Source of the DNA: a virus
IMG/VR virus record: IMGVR_UViG_3300030090_003481
Location: 31,092-95,091 of that record
Reading direction: 5' to 3' (one strand)
Length of the DNA: 64,000 nt
The position numbers and the translations under genes are program-made. How positions within the stretch are numbered: the stretch's first letter is position 1; each line of letters begins with the position of its first letter. The notes beneath the pieces are model-generated. The model made no database searches. It was not told the DNA's origin and saw nothing but the letters and a program-made list of their open reading frames with translations. Shown piece by piece: positions 30,101-38,255 of this stretch.

Positions 30101-32146
30101 GCTTCATTAACTAAACTAAGACGTAATAAAGAAGAGTACATAGATAAAGTAAATGATTTATTAAGTATTAGAAAAGATTTAGAATGGGCAAGTCCAATGT
30201 ATCAATTAGGTTTAAAAAGAATTTTCCAAGTAGGAGCAGCAGGTACAGGCCAATTTTCATTACATACTTCAGATCATGGTATATCATCCTATAATACACT
30301 AGATGAAATATTTGGTGTAGAATCTATGTCGATAGGACATGAAGATAATGCATTAGGTATAACAGATCTAAGACAGATGTTTGATGTAGAAGGTAATCTT
30401 ATAGCAGATACATTATCTTCACAAGTAAATATAAATGTAGATATAGAAGGAGATCCAGAAACAGCGCAAGGATTAAATTTAAGTGCGGCTACTAATAATC
30501 ACAGGGCTTTATTAATTAGAGCTGGGGCTCCAAAAGAATGGATTGCTTATTTTATGGCGCAACCTATTATAAAAGATTTGATTACTACTATGGATAATAA
30601 CGAAGGTAATCTATCAGAAAAACAATATGACAAAGAAGGATTAATACCTGCACAAGAACTTGTATTAACAAAATATGCTAAAATAGGAGGATATAAATAT
30701 AATAAAGAAGATAATGAATTAATTTCAACAGAAGGTAAAACTTTAAATAAATTAATAGACTCTAGAGAAGTAACAAGAGTAATACCTGCATCAAAATTAT
30801 ATGAAATGATAGGCCAGGGAGTATCTTTTCCTAAAGAGCAATTACAAATATTACAATATTTTAAAGATATTTCAGGTAGAGCAAAGTCACTAAATAGCCA
30901 AATGGCAGCAATGTCTGCAGATGTATCAGGAACAGGTGGTAGTATAGCAGCATCATTAATTACTTTAGATAGAATGAATAATGCCATGAATGATGAAGTT
31001 TTATATGGTATAGAAGGTAAAATGAAAGGAACTGCTATTGAAGCATATACTGAAAATGCTCCTAAACTATTTATAAATAGTACTGAAAAAATGTTTTTAG
31101 AATCAAGTAATGCATTTGTTGGCGCGCTTAATGTATTTGCAGTACAATCAGGTAGAGATTTAAGTGATTTTAGTGTAGAAACAATTAATCTAATAGTAGA
31201 TCATTTATATGCTTCTATGTATATGGCTATAGATAATACTAGTAAAGCAGAATTAAAAAATATGTTTTATGGTGAAAATTCTACTGCAAATAAATTATGG
31301 AATTATAAACACGGTAAAAATAAATTACAAAATGTAGCAATAATAGATTTTCTTACACCTTTAAAATCTAGAGAAGGAGGTATAGGGTACATAAAAGGTA
31401 ACACATCTGCTATTAAAGATTCTGCAACTAGTGATAGACTAGTAAACAGCTGGTCAAGCAGAACTGAAGAATTTTTTACAAAAGAATTACCTAAATATGC
31501 ATTATATGCTTCAGCATGGAGAACTAATTTATTTTCTTTCCATGAATTAACGCCACAAGACTCAAGTCTATCTATTAAAATTAATGAAAGTTTTAAGAAT
31601 TTAAAAAATCCAGAATTAAAAACAGAGAGAAATCTATTAAGTTTAAATGATTCTGAATATTTCATGGATGTAATTAATCAAGTATACAGACACTTACATC
31701 ATAATAAAATTTTAGTGCCAAATGCGCGTAAAAATGATATTGTAAAGAAAAGTGTGAAAAGACATGAAAAGAAAAAAACAGGAGTTGCTATAGAATTTAA
31801 AACTGAGTCAAGTAAATTTAAATTAGATGATACAAACTATAAACCTTTTATTACTTTTGAAAATAACTTATATAAATTTACTGAAGTAAATAGTAAAGGA
31901 GAAGGCGTGTATAAAATAACTCATAAATTAGGATTAAGAGATGCAAATAATCGTTATATTTACGAGTATTCTAAATCAGACGGAGATAGATCGTTTGTAC
32001 CAGATAATAATTTAAATAATATTCTGAAACAATCAGAAGAAGAAGGATTTAGTTTTATAGAAGAAGATGATATAGAAACTTTTGAAGGTGGAATATATGA
32101 CTCTACTGAAAATGATGAATTAGATACTAATATAGAATGTCCATAA
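21137..32146 (+). CDS. Giant virion-packaged RNA polymerase (crAss-type) fused to N-terminal domains including a zincin-like HExxH module
   Basis: YRIPTQ followed by GHDFDFDKL (DxDxD catalytic loop, ~29822-29839); YHELYHA at ~25727; size and position match crAss/phi14:2 vRNAP. Confidence 0.85.
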   Translation: MSNGDENTNKPIDLYNVQFEDPTITEQDDLQDLLQSLQPPGFTAPIINDYKPKIQLTESLLRQRRTNAIDTAPRITEAFPGFSVEPEYVENNLQSDSKNWWNTLYAQIDQIQLSKYKGRKLMHQTRIDELKQELDTNPELSPEDIEVYTREIKKLESEIQDIEIDIAEEEDELSRNPISDYYKEATAAQQQEEASNWWSYLGSGEAAQDIGGSMSEAMSMAKAIVGPQLIKNVGMRLAAAWAGTNVANVNPWVAAGTTIAGIGYGLYETWNMRDAESNAEAWDAYETRVKEDIALWESRNRSKAPKELIEVIKKRAAKGVREVYQQNMLLGFGDVAQVGAGIFMPWGKLTRNLLGTSRASKVLGYGVGMSFQGGIEGMEEGYQFLTKQDYLEGTYDKGSSGGTYGFGSTFDVGFLDRVSRGFSLGLETGQAMMGMLSGDYVGGRTNNPEFRNSVRAGAILGAGMGATIELGQNIFTKGYKEGLNTVYNKANKKHINDVIDSYGREEQVLYRAGSYYDMFSKGKTVEDITKIINKLPEDNFIQLTKDEALADLNVMRGIYDKLQQPGYKNLSADEKKVVMATMMKSKDKAKIARNIAAETENTIQSIYEADSGIERRDGFKEMNRVKNSLKAVDKAITDINSILKDKNKAVNPKKVNERVLRDTLEQLENKRKELLGKVDEAIETYGGYSEASFSQDDKLVDLESKKIIAELEAERHNNYYLEMEKLDGENIKYFEPYAEELKSFVENKKEGQKKAAKAEEVKQKIKDPDGDINENDLVYYKGNEGTVLKRNSDGTLDVKIKSTGITEKIPEDQLDKLETFEGVKDKLSETRKKIEAGGLYADQDLNEEGAIIPDDILDETLSLAEVLEGEHKGRNEGSNRQGTVVGSHKNAQIKGTNPDNLENTGDEITAEQAQRDAKEDDIRLKKEPRPRFVFLRRVSGTSSYASMEPQTSYFLSQTPEKEIIENHDVIYRINSAGFSQRLIDNLGEGVVNLFKNPKPITPGIAKELNTNVEDLTKKLISLPIEMVLVNKKTGQIVKSRTEERAKEREVRGVLYDNAMIAETKNNLIKLKTQIYNILALNQTPIGSIEDIYGYQRIKYGEEQNDPRQVFGDTLGRVAIGDKNEQALRENKTSSEYIHPHFKWQDKFNGWVFLEINRPNSVTPVKANNRNINTQEAKVILNIYKSFLSKKASPKTPYANSGLTYGQMLNLLVYEGPGASTSKIDNKLYVDLTNKRIHYGSNKTGKGKLTPQEEEAFINHIKQHKKRRIDLQYTNRSIFSGELEALEKINFLGTEIEKGKNDDYNTILMDQGVITVNTDIQTNPFMDPNIFLSNEVNAKEKPQVIKKETETTLSKQDQALVNWLSTSEGSLDNQTAAESATKLGIKFTQARDQARNAGKTREEIEQFMKENLGQEMWAAAAIGLRAAELAPRLEQLYKKFGKDIIKLKDTTKKLDFGNEDMGMFSEVTPETLGSPIIDEAEARAYWEKRTDFPLEFIDDFISIGNELGSYAQGMFQATGVKLSRQAATGVEYHELYHAIEETMLTNEEIQELNNETMKIVGLPSVADLYKYKTRWGNKISTKAVNELGFKTKDDYYRHLYLSEHRANNYQNYAASDGKTRFGKKETNFFKRLWNWIKGLFGKPKTTVDSLFKNIHEGYYKGKNPRPERMKALSEAGIISYSEIAERVFNEDQIGDISLSLLRHAVDNSGGIRTLLEKDEIIVDIENTFNNIKEQIAKDPSKQWLNKIVDHEEFFKNELRSHLLFINGKDTTVETEVENAIDENNTEILEATRPAYEISNRDKARPAIKLLVLLTPELNSLKLKEGSYDVKISPYTNLVKPADGNNLFSILENELSDIVSDYIGDEFVTSEKQMLDKLKKLESTDPSFRYIYDAINKIPGLKTKFHAAFNLRSMNFLNANHRGKPGAVKFNLYDPGEFSRRSKVVNQWLENFQDLNLFETKEGEIVGNKENITPILTEWKTLKNNRPNNPGLKARFIANNSILTDSLGKEISDILAKVGINTSTKELRDAYQSLNGKDNLQKFMRLVSGINKLFLGSGYSLQKMGEGKSIDFNDNNFFKDEKIIRTLANSTAKYLNHYGESVIRTANNKSHWLFAPYNYMTNIARIVKNGSLNNNKHVNDLLASPFNRTSRYLNSLKQSEDTRVELEVKTMGALRGGETIGQSFKNLKKIDEVAMRMALELNGYSLPMTYASKSVFQFFKGLPKIDLGAGFHWENDAIRFSDGIKGMFADKVLAEYNRMSQVAGHIAGGLAVKDMIVDYHYSIDKQGKKDFSKAKGLQFLNFPTLNIDQKLAPLFFKNDGTLVETLDKDTATKLYPYIEKVLEERVKEQYLESVKIGLIKRDNDILINKGIDLNIIKKYEKKYSETRTQAIKRAIAEYTINSMMNNLEMQHMFLGDPAFYKGTSIEKRPPSLLATGDLIGEIKDEYGNIKTHYTAAVINDIIKNSDIHPQLGRITSSDGNAYITAQHYKDIVTGLEGWSKDKEEAHQRLIRGTAKEKDIELIIAQPIKGMHYQLRNTKGMSIPTYLKYSQVPLYPHFTEGTKLDELRVAMEDNTNPIDVIVHMSAVKAGAQNPINILDEQGNIKDPNLLSQELTPMRLEFRHWKLQQKSPVKKGDQLIGSQPKKQIVGALEVLNPDKPRHREIAKELNDIYAAQSNKQTEELKKKYGIDLINEGVNDNNYMYSNLNKLSDDIKDNMSRTTNISRHLRKHLDVVDNDFVNELSASPIRRKVQQIVASMYTKAAVKVKGPGGGKILINASLYEPVTKFSELSPIEQDMLRKSAFVNPEELKPTYIKNGKVIPGHVWLPHWMGKIIPSGKLSMNEVKQYLTDPRLRKLISYRIPTQFLSSIDQNEVVGFLPQSMGNSVIAYNEMVPKTGHDFDFDKLYTILPYFTYNKKTKEIEYIEFDKSKPAGEQSKKALHNRMIELYTEILSDVDVHKRSMKPIETLDDRYFAARIRAKENISRLSQGDKASLTKLRRNKEEYIDKVNDLLSIRKDLEWASPMYQLGLKRIFQVGAAGTGQFSLHTSDHGISSYNTLDEIFGVESMSIGHEDNALGITDLRQMFDVEGNLIADTLSSQVNINVDIEGDPETAQGLNLSAATNNHRALLIRAGAPKEWIAYFMAQPIIKDLITTMDNNEGNLSEKQYDKEGLIPAQELVLTKYAKIGGYKYNKEDNELISTEGKTLNKLIDSREVTRVIPASKLYEMIGQGVSFPKEQLQILQYFKDISGRAKSLNSQMAAMSADVSGTGGSIAASLITLDRMNNAMNDEVLYGIEGKMKGTAIEAYTENAPKLFINSTEKMFLESSNAFVGALNVFAVQSGRDLSDFSVETINLIVDHLYASMYMAIDNTSKAELKNMFYGENSTANKLWNYKHGKNKLQNVAIIDFLTPLKSREGGIGYIKGNTSAIKDSATSDRLVNSWSSRTEEFFTKELPKYALYASAWRTNLFSFHELTPQDSSLSIKINESFKNLKNPELKTERNLLSLNDSEYFMDVINQVYRHLHHNKILVPNARKNDIVKKSVKRHEKKKTGVAIEFKTESSKFKLDDTNYKPFITFENNLYKFTEVNSKGEGVYKITHKLGLRDANNRYIYEYSKSDGDRSFVPDNNLNNILKQSEEEGFSFIEEDDIETFEGGIYDSTENDELDTNIECP

Positions 32147-32168
32147 CATTCGCAAAACATATAAAAAA

Positions 32169-32273
32169 ATGATGAAAAAAAGAAAAAGTTATAAAAGAGG
32201 AACTGCAGTAAAAGCATATGGAAAAGGTGGACCAGTTAAAAAAAGAAAAGGATATGGCAGAAAGAAAAAGTAA
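32169..32273 (+). CDS. Unannotated 34-aa highly basic peptide
   Basis: MMKKRKSYKRGTAVKAYGKGGPVKKRKGYGRKKK; A-rich leader; below the ORF-track cutoff. Confidence 0.55.
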   Translation: MMKKRKSYKRGTAVKAYGKGGPVKKRKGYGRKKK

Positions 32274-32376
32274 TAAGAAAAAAGGAGCCGATGGTAAAGC
32301 ATGTTGGAAAGGTTATAGATATGCTGGAACTAAGAACGGTAAAGATAAGTGCGTAAAAGTTAAGAAAAGAAAATAA
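32254..32376 (+). CDS. Unannotated 40-aa basic peptide with CWKGY...C motif
   Basis: MAERKSNKKKGADGKACWKGYRYAGTKNGKDKCVKVKKRK; its TAA overlaps the ATG of the next gene (TAATG at 32374-32378). Confidence 0.65.
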   Translation: MAERKSNKKKGADGKACWKGYRYAGTKNGKDKCVKVKKRK

Positions 32377-35300
32377 TGGCTAGAAAACCTTGTAAAATTA
32401 AAGTAACGTTACCTACTGGTAAACAAGTATATCCTACTTTAGGTAAAGAATTATCTGAAAAATTTGGGACTAATAAAGGTGATGAGATATTACAATCTGT
32501 ATTGAGTAAAGAATTTTTTCAATACTTTGGTAATTTTATTGCTAATCCAAAAAGTGAATTTTTTGAAGGTAAGCTTGATAAGCAAGGTATGCCTTTATTA
32601 GAACATGTTTTAGATTTTAAACAAAAAGTACTAGATCAGAAAAAAGAAAATCTAAAAGAAAAATATTTAGGTAAAAAAACTAAAGAAGTAACTGATTTAA
32701 AACTTAAGTATATACAACAATCTATTGATACTTTAAATGTACAAATAAAAGAATTTAACAGGACTAAAGGTGCTGAATTATATATAGATAATTTAAAAGA
32801 GATTGAAAAACTTCTAGAAAGTTATACTGAGGCAGAAAACAAAAAAGCTTTTATTACATTTTTAGACAATGCCGCTGATCAAGCAGCTAAAATTTTACAA
32901 CAGTTAGATAATATTGGTAAAATAAGTCAAGTCGAGTGGCAAAATAAAAAAGTTAGGGACCAAAAAGCTAAGCTAGTACAAGATATGTACAAGTATATAA
33001 AAGGTTATGGTGATTTAGCTGATGGTATACTAAATGATTATAACTCAAAAGCAGAGGAGGCAGAAGGATTAGATGTAATAACAGAAGACGAGCTTGAAGT
33101 TTTAGAAGAATTACAAGTAGCAGGAAATAGAATTGAAAATAAATATAAAATAGCAGCGGCTAATATACTAGCACATGAATATGCACCACATTTTACTACA
33201 GTTAAACAAAAAGTATATGTAGAAAAATATAGAAAAGATTTTCAAGAGAAAAATCCTATAGAAGGATGGTTATCTACTCGTAAATTAGATGGGGAAAAAG
33301 TCTCACAAGAAAAATATGAAGCTGCTAGAGATGAGTATGTATGGGAACAACTAGAAAAAGATAAAAGTGAAATATATACTGAATCAGTTAATTGGTTAAA
33401 AGATATTTTTCATACATCTACTGGAGATATTAGCAGGTGGGACCAGTTTATGGTTGCATTAGGAAGACAAAAAGATAGTGTTGCGCAATTACTTTCTGAA
33501 AAGTTTGATGTAACAGATGATAAGATTCGTCAAGAATTATTAATAAAAGTTACAGAATTATATGGTTTAACTAAAGCATATGAAGAGCATAGAAAAAAAG
33601 AAATAGGAGCACTAGCTACAGAAAGTTCTGAATTATATGCACCGTTTTTAGAATTAGATGATGATGGATTACGTACAGGTCATTTTGTAGAAAAATATAA
33701 AAGTGAAGTATATAGAGAAAAAAAGAAAATACTAGAAGAGTCTTTTGCTGAGAATATTAGTGAAAAAGAAGGTAAAGAAATGCGTAGACAGTGGTTCAAA
33801 GAAAATTGGTCAACTGATAAAAAATACTCAAGGCTAATAGCATCTAAAAAAGTAGAAGAAGCTAGACAATATCAAAAAGAACAAGCAGCTAAAGGTATTG
33901 CAGTAAGTAGACCAAAAGCTAAATGGGAAAATCCTCAGTATAATGAATTACTAAAAAGTGATGAGGCTGTTTTAAATTTGTATAAATATTTAATGGATTT
34001 ACAAAGAGGAGCAGATTTAATAGTACCAGGGCACTATAAACTAGGATCTAAAATTTACCAAATACGTAAATTAGCTAAAGAAAGAATTCTAACAGATAGT
34101 AAAGATGCAAAAACTGCAGGTATATCTATGTGGGATTCTTTTAAAGAATATGTAAGAGAAGCATGGCTTGTTCAAGAAGATGATGAAATAAGAGGAGAAG
34201 AAAAAAGATTGGATCAAGAAGAAACAGATCCTACAATAGAAGGAATAGACCAGTTATTAGAAGAACAAGAAGGTCAAGAAGTATATGCAGATGTACAAGG
34301 AGATGTTAGAAGATATATACCTATACACGGTAGATCAGATGTAGGAATAGAAAATATGTCTTTTAACGTAGTAGATTTAGTTTTAAAAAATTATGCTACA
34401 GCTTTACATTTTCATGAATATAATAATATACTACCTGAAGTACAAATGATAGAATACTTTATGAAAAAAAGACAAGTACCTATAAAAGAAGGATACGATA
34501 ATGTCTATAATAAAGCTAAAAAGTATTTTACGCAAATGTTTAAACAAGGACAAGGAGAAGGAAAAGAGGGAACAAGTAATGCTTACCAGTTAATTAGAGA
34601 GCACATAGATCAACGAGTTTTTCAAATAAATGCGCAAGGTTGGATGGGTAAGTCGACTAAAATAGGTAAAGATATGGTTGTTGTTGATCCAGGTGATGGT
34701 AAATTAGTAATCAAAAAAGCAAAAGAAATTTCTAATGCAAAGATTATAAACAATCTTGGTACATATGCAGGAGCATTATTACTACAGTTTAACTGGATAG
34801 CAACTGGAGCTAATTATAATTATGGTCAAACTATGTCTATAATAGAATCTATAGGAGGTTATCACTGGAATGGTAAAAATTTAATGACAGCATATTATAA
34901 ATTTATAAATGGTACACCTGGTATATTAAATGATATAGGTAAACGTAAACCACAATCTTTTGTAGGACTTATATTAGAAAAATATGATGCAATGAATAAT
35001 TTTAGTATAAGAGGATATAATTTTGCAGATACTCATCGATTTACACAATTAGCAAAAGGTGATTCTTTATGGGCTACGATTAGTTTACCTGAATATTTTA
35101 ACCACGGTGTCCCTGCTATGGCATTTTTAGATAATATAAAAGTATTTGATAAAGATGGTAACTATCTTACTAAAGGAGGCACAACTAAAGATATTAAAAA
35201 AGCAATGAGTTTGTTAGATGCTCATGAAAGAGTAGAAGATGAAAACGGTGTGTTTTCTTTAAAACTAGATGATAGGGTAGCAAGTACAAGTATAGATGGT

Positions 35301-36116
35301 AAATCTGATCCTAATAAAACTGCTTTTGTATCTAAACATATAGTTAGACCATTACAATTAATAAATGGTTATCTTCAGGGTCACTATGCAAAAAATAATA
35401 AAAATGCAGCTGAGTTTAAATGGTGGGGTACTTTAATGTTTTCTATGAGAAGATTTATGATTCCTGGATTTGCTAAAAGATGGAGAAATATTTCTAAAAT
35501 TTGGTCTGAAAAAGCTAATATGCCTAATCTACAGAATTACCAAATGGGTCTTAATACCGAAATGGATGGAGACTATGTAACAACTATTAGATTTTTTAAA
35601 AATGTATTAAAAGATTTACATAGATTTAGATTTAAATTAGCAGGTATGTCTCAAAGAGAATGGAATACTTTAAATTCATATGAAAAAGCACAAATAAGAA
35701 GAACTATTGGAGAAGTAGGCTCTATGGTTGTTACTGGAGTATTAGGAAGTGTGCTTGCAGCATCTGCAGATGAAGAAGATGATCCATTATACTATGCAAT
35801 GGCTCTTTGGGCAAATAGATTAAACTCAGAGTTAATGCAGTATACAGATCCAAGAGAATTCTTAAGAATATTAGGTTCTCCAGCTGTAAGTATAACATTA
35901 ATAGAGAGAATACTAAGATTAGGTGATCAGTTTATTGATGATAATTTAGGATTTGGTCCTTATGAAGTTTATCAAACAGGTAAGAGAAAAGGAGAAACTA
36001 AAATGAAATATAGATTTAGAGATGTAGTACCGTGGTGGAAACAATTAGAAAAACATAAAGATTTAAAAGAAGCTATGGAATACTACACTAGAGGTAATGC
36101 TAAATTTGGAAGATAA
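32376..36116 (+). CDS. Large virion/ejection protein associated with vRNAP
   Basis: 1246 aa, helical, last gene of the RNAP block; C-terminal hydrophobic helices (VGSMVVTGVLGSVLAA; YYAMALWA). Confidence 0.6.
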   Translation: MARKPCKIKVTLPTGKQVYPTLGKELSEKFGTNKGDEILQSVLSKEFFQYFGNFIANPKSEFFEGKLDKQGMPLLEHVLDFKQKVLDQKKENLKEKYLGKKTKEVTDLKLKYIQQSIDTLNVQIKEFNRTKGAELYIDNLKEIEKLLESYTEAENKKAFITFLDNAADQAAKILQQLDNIGKISQVEWQNKKVRDQKAKLVQDMYKYIKGYGDLADGILNDYNSKAEEAEGLDVITEDELEVLEELQVAGNRIENKYKIAAANILAHEYAPHFTTVKQKVYVEKYRKDFQEKNPIEGWLSTRKLDGEKVSQEKYEAARDEYVWEQLEKDKSEIYTESVNWLKDIFHTSTGDISRWDQFMVALGRQKDSVAQLLSEKFDVTDDKIRQELLIKVTELYGLTKAYEEHRKKEIGALATESSELYAPFLELDDDGLRTGHFVEKYKSEVYREKKKILEESFAENISEKEGKEMRRQWFKENWSTDKKYSRLIASKKVEEARQYQKEQAAKGIAVSRPKAKWENPQYNELLKSDEAVLNLYKYLMDLQRGADLIVPGHYKLGSKIYQIRKLAKERILTDSKDAKTAGISMWDSFKEYVREAWLVQEDDEIRGEEKRLDQEETDPTIEGIDQLLEEQEGQEVYADVQGDVRRYIPIHGRSDVGIENMSFNVVDLVLKNYATALHFHEYNNILPEVQMIEYFMKKRQVPIKEGYDNVYNKAKKYFTQMFKQGQGEGKEGTSNAYQLIREHIDQRVFQINAQGWMGKSTKIGKDMVVVDPGDGKLVIKKAKEISNAKIINNLGTYAGALLLQFNWIATGANYNYGQTMSIIESIGGYHWNGKNLMTAYYKFINGTPGILNDIGKRKPQSFVGLILEKYDAMNNFSIRGYNFADTHRFTQLAKGDSLWATISLPEYFNHGVPAMAFLDNIKVFDKDGNYLTKGGTTKDIKKAMSLLDAHERVEDENGVFSLKLDDRVASTSIDGKSDPNKTAFVSKHIVRPLQLINGYLQGHYAKNNKNAAEFKWWGTLMFSMRRFMIPGFAKRWRNISKIWSEKANMPNLQNYQMGLNTEMDGDYVTTIRFFKNVLKDLHRFRFKLAGMSQREWNTLNSYEKAQIRRTIGEVGSMVVTGVLGSVLAASADEEDDPLYYAMALWANRLNSELMQYTDPREFLRILGSPAVSITLIERILRLGDQFIDDNLGFGPYEVYQTGKRKGETKMKYRFRDVVPWWKQLEKHKDLKEAMEYYTRGNAKFGR

Positions 36117-36121
36117 AGTCT

Positions 36122-36155
36122 AAAAAAAAGGAGAACAATTAAGTTCTCCTTCTTT
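36122..36155. terminator. Bidirectional intrinsic terminator at the convergence of the + and - blocks
   Basis: Perfect 9-bp stem AAGGAGAAC (36128-36136) / GTTCTCCTT (36143-36151), with an A-run on the left and a T-rich run on the right. Confidence 0.8.
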
Positions 36156-37014
36156 AAAATATATACCTAATTTTATTCCAAGGTATGATACTATCATGTA
36201 ATTCTATAAACTTATTTATATACTTACGTTTAAGACCAGCCCTATATCTAATATTTTTACCACCATATTGAGAAGTTTTTACTTCCTGGATTTTTGGAAC
36301 CCATAATTGTTTTTCTGTCTCAGGGTGATTTTCCATATTAGTTAAATGTTTGTCTTCATTATGTGTAAGAAAAATTACTTCTGCAAGAACATCCTTTTTG
36401 TAAGGACCGTCTACGTAATCATCTAACATATGAAACAAATCAGCATAATCTTCTAACCAGTTTTTGTAAAGTATAACAGGACTAAAATTAACATGTACAT
36501 CATAACCTGCTTCTATAAATGCATTGATAGCTTTTATTCTATCAATAATTTTAGATGTGTGCGGCTCATGTAAATTAGCAATTTTTTGCGGCATCAAACT
36601 AAATCTAATACGAATTTTCTGTTTAGGATCAAACGTAGTTAATATAGGATTAACGCGTTTAGTAGCAAAACTACCCATGGCAATGGGGTGATCTCTGAAG
36701 AACTCAAAGATCTTTTCCCATTCATGGTGCTTTGCATGTAATGCAAAATCCTCATTACAACTTATATCATATGTTGTATAAGTTGCATGAGTTTGATTAG
36801 GTTTATCTACAGCAGTGAAAAATGCATGATTATTAATCGCAGTTAATATATCACCAGTGTTGCTAGCTATAGTTAAACCTTCTGGCTTGCTACGTTTCAT
36901 ATAACAATATGAACAATTATACAAGCAACCGTGGCCGAAGCTAGGAGAAATAAAATCGGTAGACCTAAATGAAGGTCTAATAATCATTGATTTTCTAACT
37001 ATTTCTTTTAGCAT
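36154..37014 (-). CDS. splB: Spore photoproduct lyase-family radical SAM enzyme
   Basis: GCLYNCSYCYM (CxxxCxxC), YDISCNED (H-donor Cys position), FATK, RIRFSL, EPHTS..DRIKA, AGY, QYGG..IRY, ending IRYIF. This is colinear with Bacillus SplB as I recall it. Confidence 0.85.
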   Translation of the reverse strand: MLKEIVRKSMIIRPSFRSTDFISPSFGHGCLYNCSYCYMKRSKPEGLTIASNTGDILTAINNHAFFTAVDKPNQTHATYTTYDISCNEDFALHAKHHEWEKIFEFFRDHPIAMGSFATKRVNPILTTFDPKQKIRIRFSLMPQKIANLHEPHTSKIIDRIKAINAFIEAGYDVHVNFSPVILYKNWLEDYADLFHMLDDYVDGPYKKDVLAEVIFLTHNEDKHLTNMENHPETEKQLWVPKIQEVKTSQYGGKNIRYRAGLKRKYINKFIELHDSIIPWNKIRYIF

Positions 37015-38255
37015 ACTACATAATTATCTTTAACTTTACCTTTAGTAAAAGGAGTAGGTAAGTGTGGATTATAAAATAATACTTGACCTCTTTTACCATA
37101 TTCAAGAAAACTTTCACTTAGATGACTCATATAAATAGCAACTATGTAAAGTTTAGGATTATGCTTAAGATCTTTTTCTAAGTAATCATTACCATCAGTA
37201 ATAAGTAAAGCAGGTCTACCTGTTTTAAGAGATTGTCTAATACATTGACTTAAATTAGTACCACCATCTATTTTAGCAGTAAATATCTCTTCAGGTGGTA
37301 TTTTAAATAATTCACCTTTACAAGCAAATATCCAAGTATCCTTAACTAATTTAGAAGCATACATTTGAAATGCAACCATTCTAGCAATAGTCCTAAGTTC
37401 TACACGTTTGTTTGCTAAATTAACTCTAGTGCCCATTGAACCAGAGTCATCTATAAAAAGATCAAAATTTAAAATATATCTATTTTCTTTAACAGAAAGA
37501 TCATCTAATAATGCTACATGAGCAAAATTCTCAATATTAGCTATATCTTCTAGATCGTCCGATTCAAAAATAGATTCTTCTACGGTATATCTTTTACCAC
37601 CTACATTACTAACAGCTTTATCAATTATATGATTAACTACTTTACTTAATTCAGAAGCATTAACTTTAATCTTTTTTAGAAGACTAGGATCATCTAATAT
37701 TTTAGCTTGCTCTAAAGTTTTACCAAAAGATTTACCACAGCCGAAATTGGCTGCGGTATCTTGTAAATCCTGTATAGCTTTTTTAGCTTTGTTAATAGCA
37801 GATTTAGCTGCTTTGTCTAACTCTTCAGATGCAGATCCATTAGTTACCTTTTGATTCTCTTCGTCTATATAATCAGGATCTTGTTTCCTTAAATAATTAA
37901 ACAAAGCTTCCATAATTGCTTTAGAAGCAATGTGACTATATCCCATATTTTCATTAGTAACCATAGATAAAATATGATTGTCACATTTACGTAAGAAATG
38001 ATGAAACCAATACATACTAGGTTTTACTACAACTTTCTTATCTTTATTGTAATAATTTTTAAAACCATCTAGTATCATTTCTTGTGTAATATTTACACTA
38101 GCATATGCACTAAGATCATATGTATTTAAAATACTATTAGCAGTAAGTGAATCTATATTAGGATGTATAATACAACTTCTTTGATCTACACTTCCAAAAT
38201 CTATTTCTTGATTGTTATAGTATTGAGATCTATATCCGTAATATTTACTCTGCAT
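37008..38255 (-). CDS. von Willebrand factor A (MIDAS) domain protein, ViaA-like
   Basis: IDDSGSM, DGGTN and LITDG MIDAS motifs in the C-terminal part; helical N-terminal half. Confidence 0.8.
   Translation of the reverse strand: MQSKYYGYRSQYYNNQEIDFGSVDQRSCIIHPNIDSLTANSILNTYDLSAYASVNITQEMILDGFKNYYNKDKKVVVKPSMYWFHHFLRKCDNHILSMVTNENMGYSHIASKAIMEALFNYLRKQDPDYIDEENQKVTNGSASEELDKAAKSAINKAKKAIQDLQDTAANFGCGKSFGKTLEQAKILDDPSLLKKIKVNASELSKVVNHIIDKAVSNVGGKRYTVEESIFESDDLEDIANIENFAHVALLDDLSVKENRYILNFDLFIDDSGSMGTRVNLANKRVELRTIARMVAFQMYASKLVKDTWIFACKGELFKIPPEEIFTAKIDGGTNLSQCIRQSLKTGRPALLITDGNDYLEKDLKHNPKLYIVAIYMSHLSESFLEYGKRGQVLFYNPHLPTPFTKGKVKDNYVVC

Noticed and set aside
610-32217. Many antisense or alternate-frame ORFs in the track (e.g. 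610-834, 9578-10449, 19637-19999, 24004-24333, 25911-26141, 30547-30987, 31303-31665)
   Set aside because: They lie within long, motif-bearing genes and have shadow-ORF composition with no recognisable motifs.
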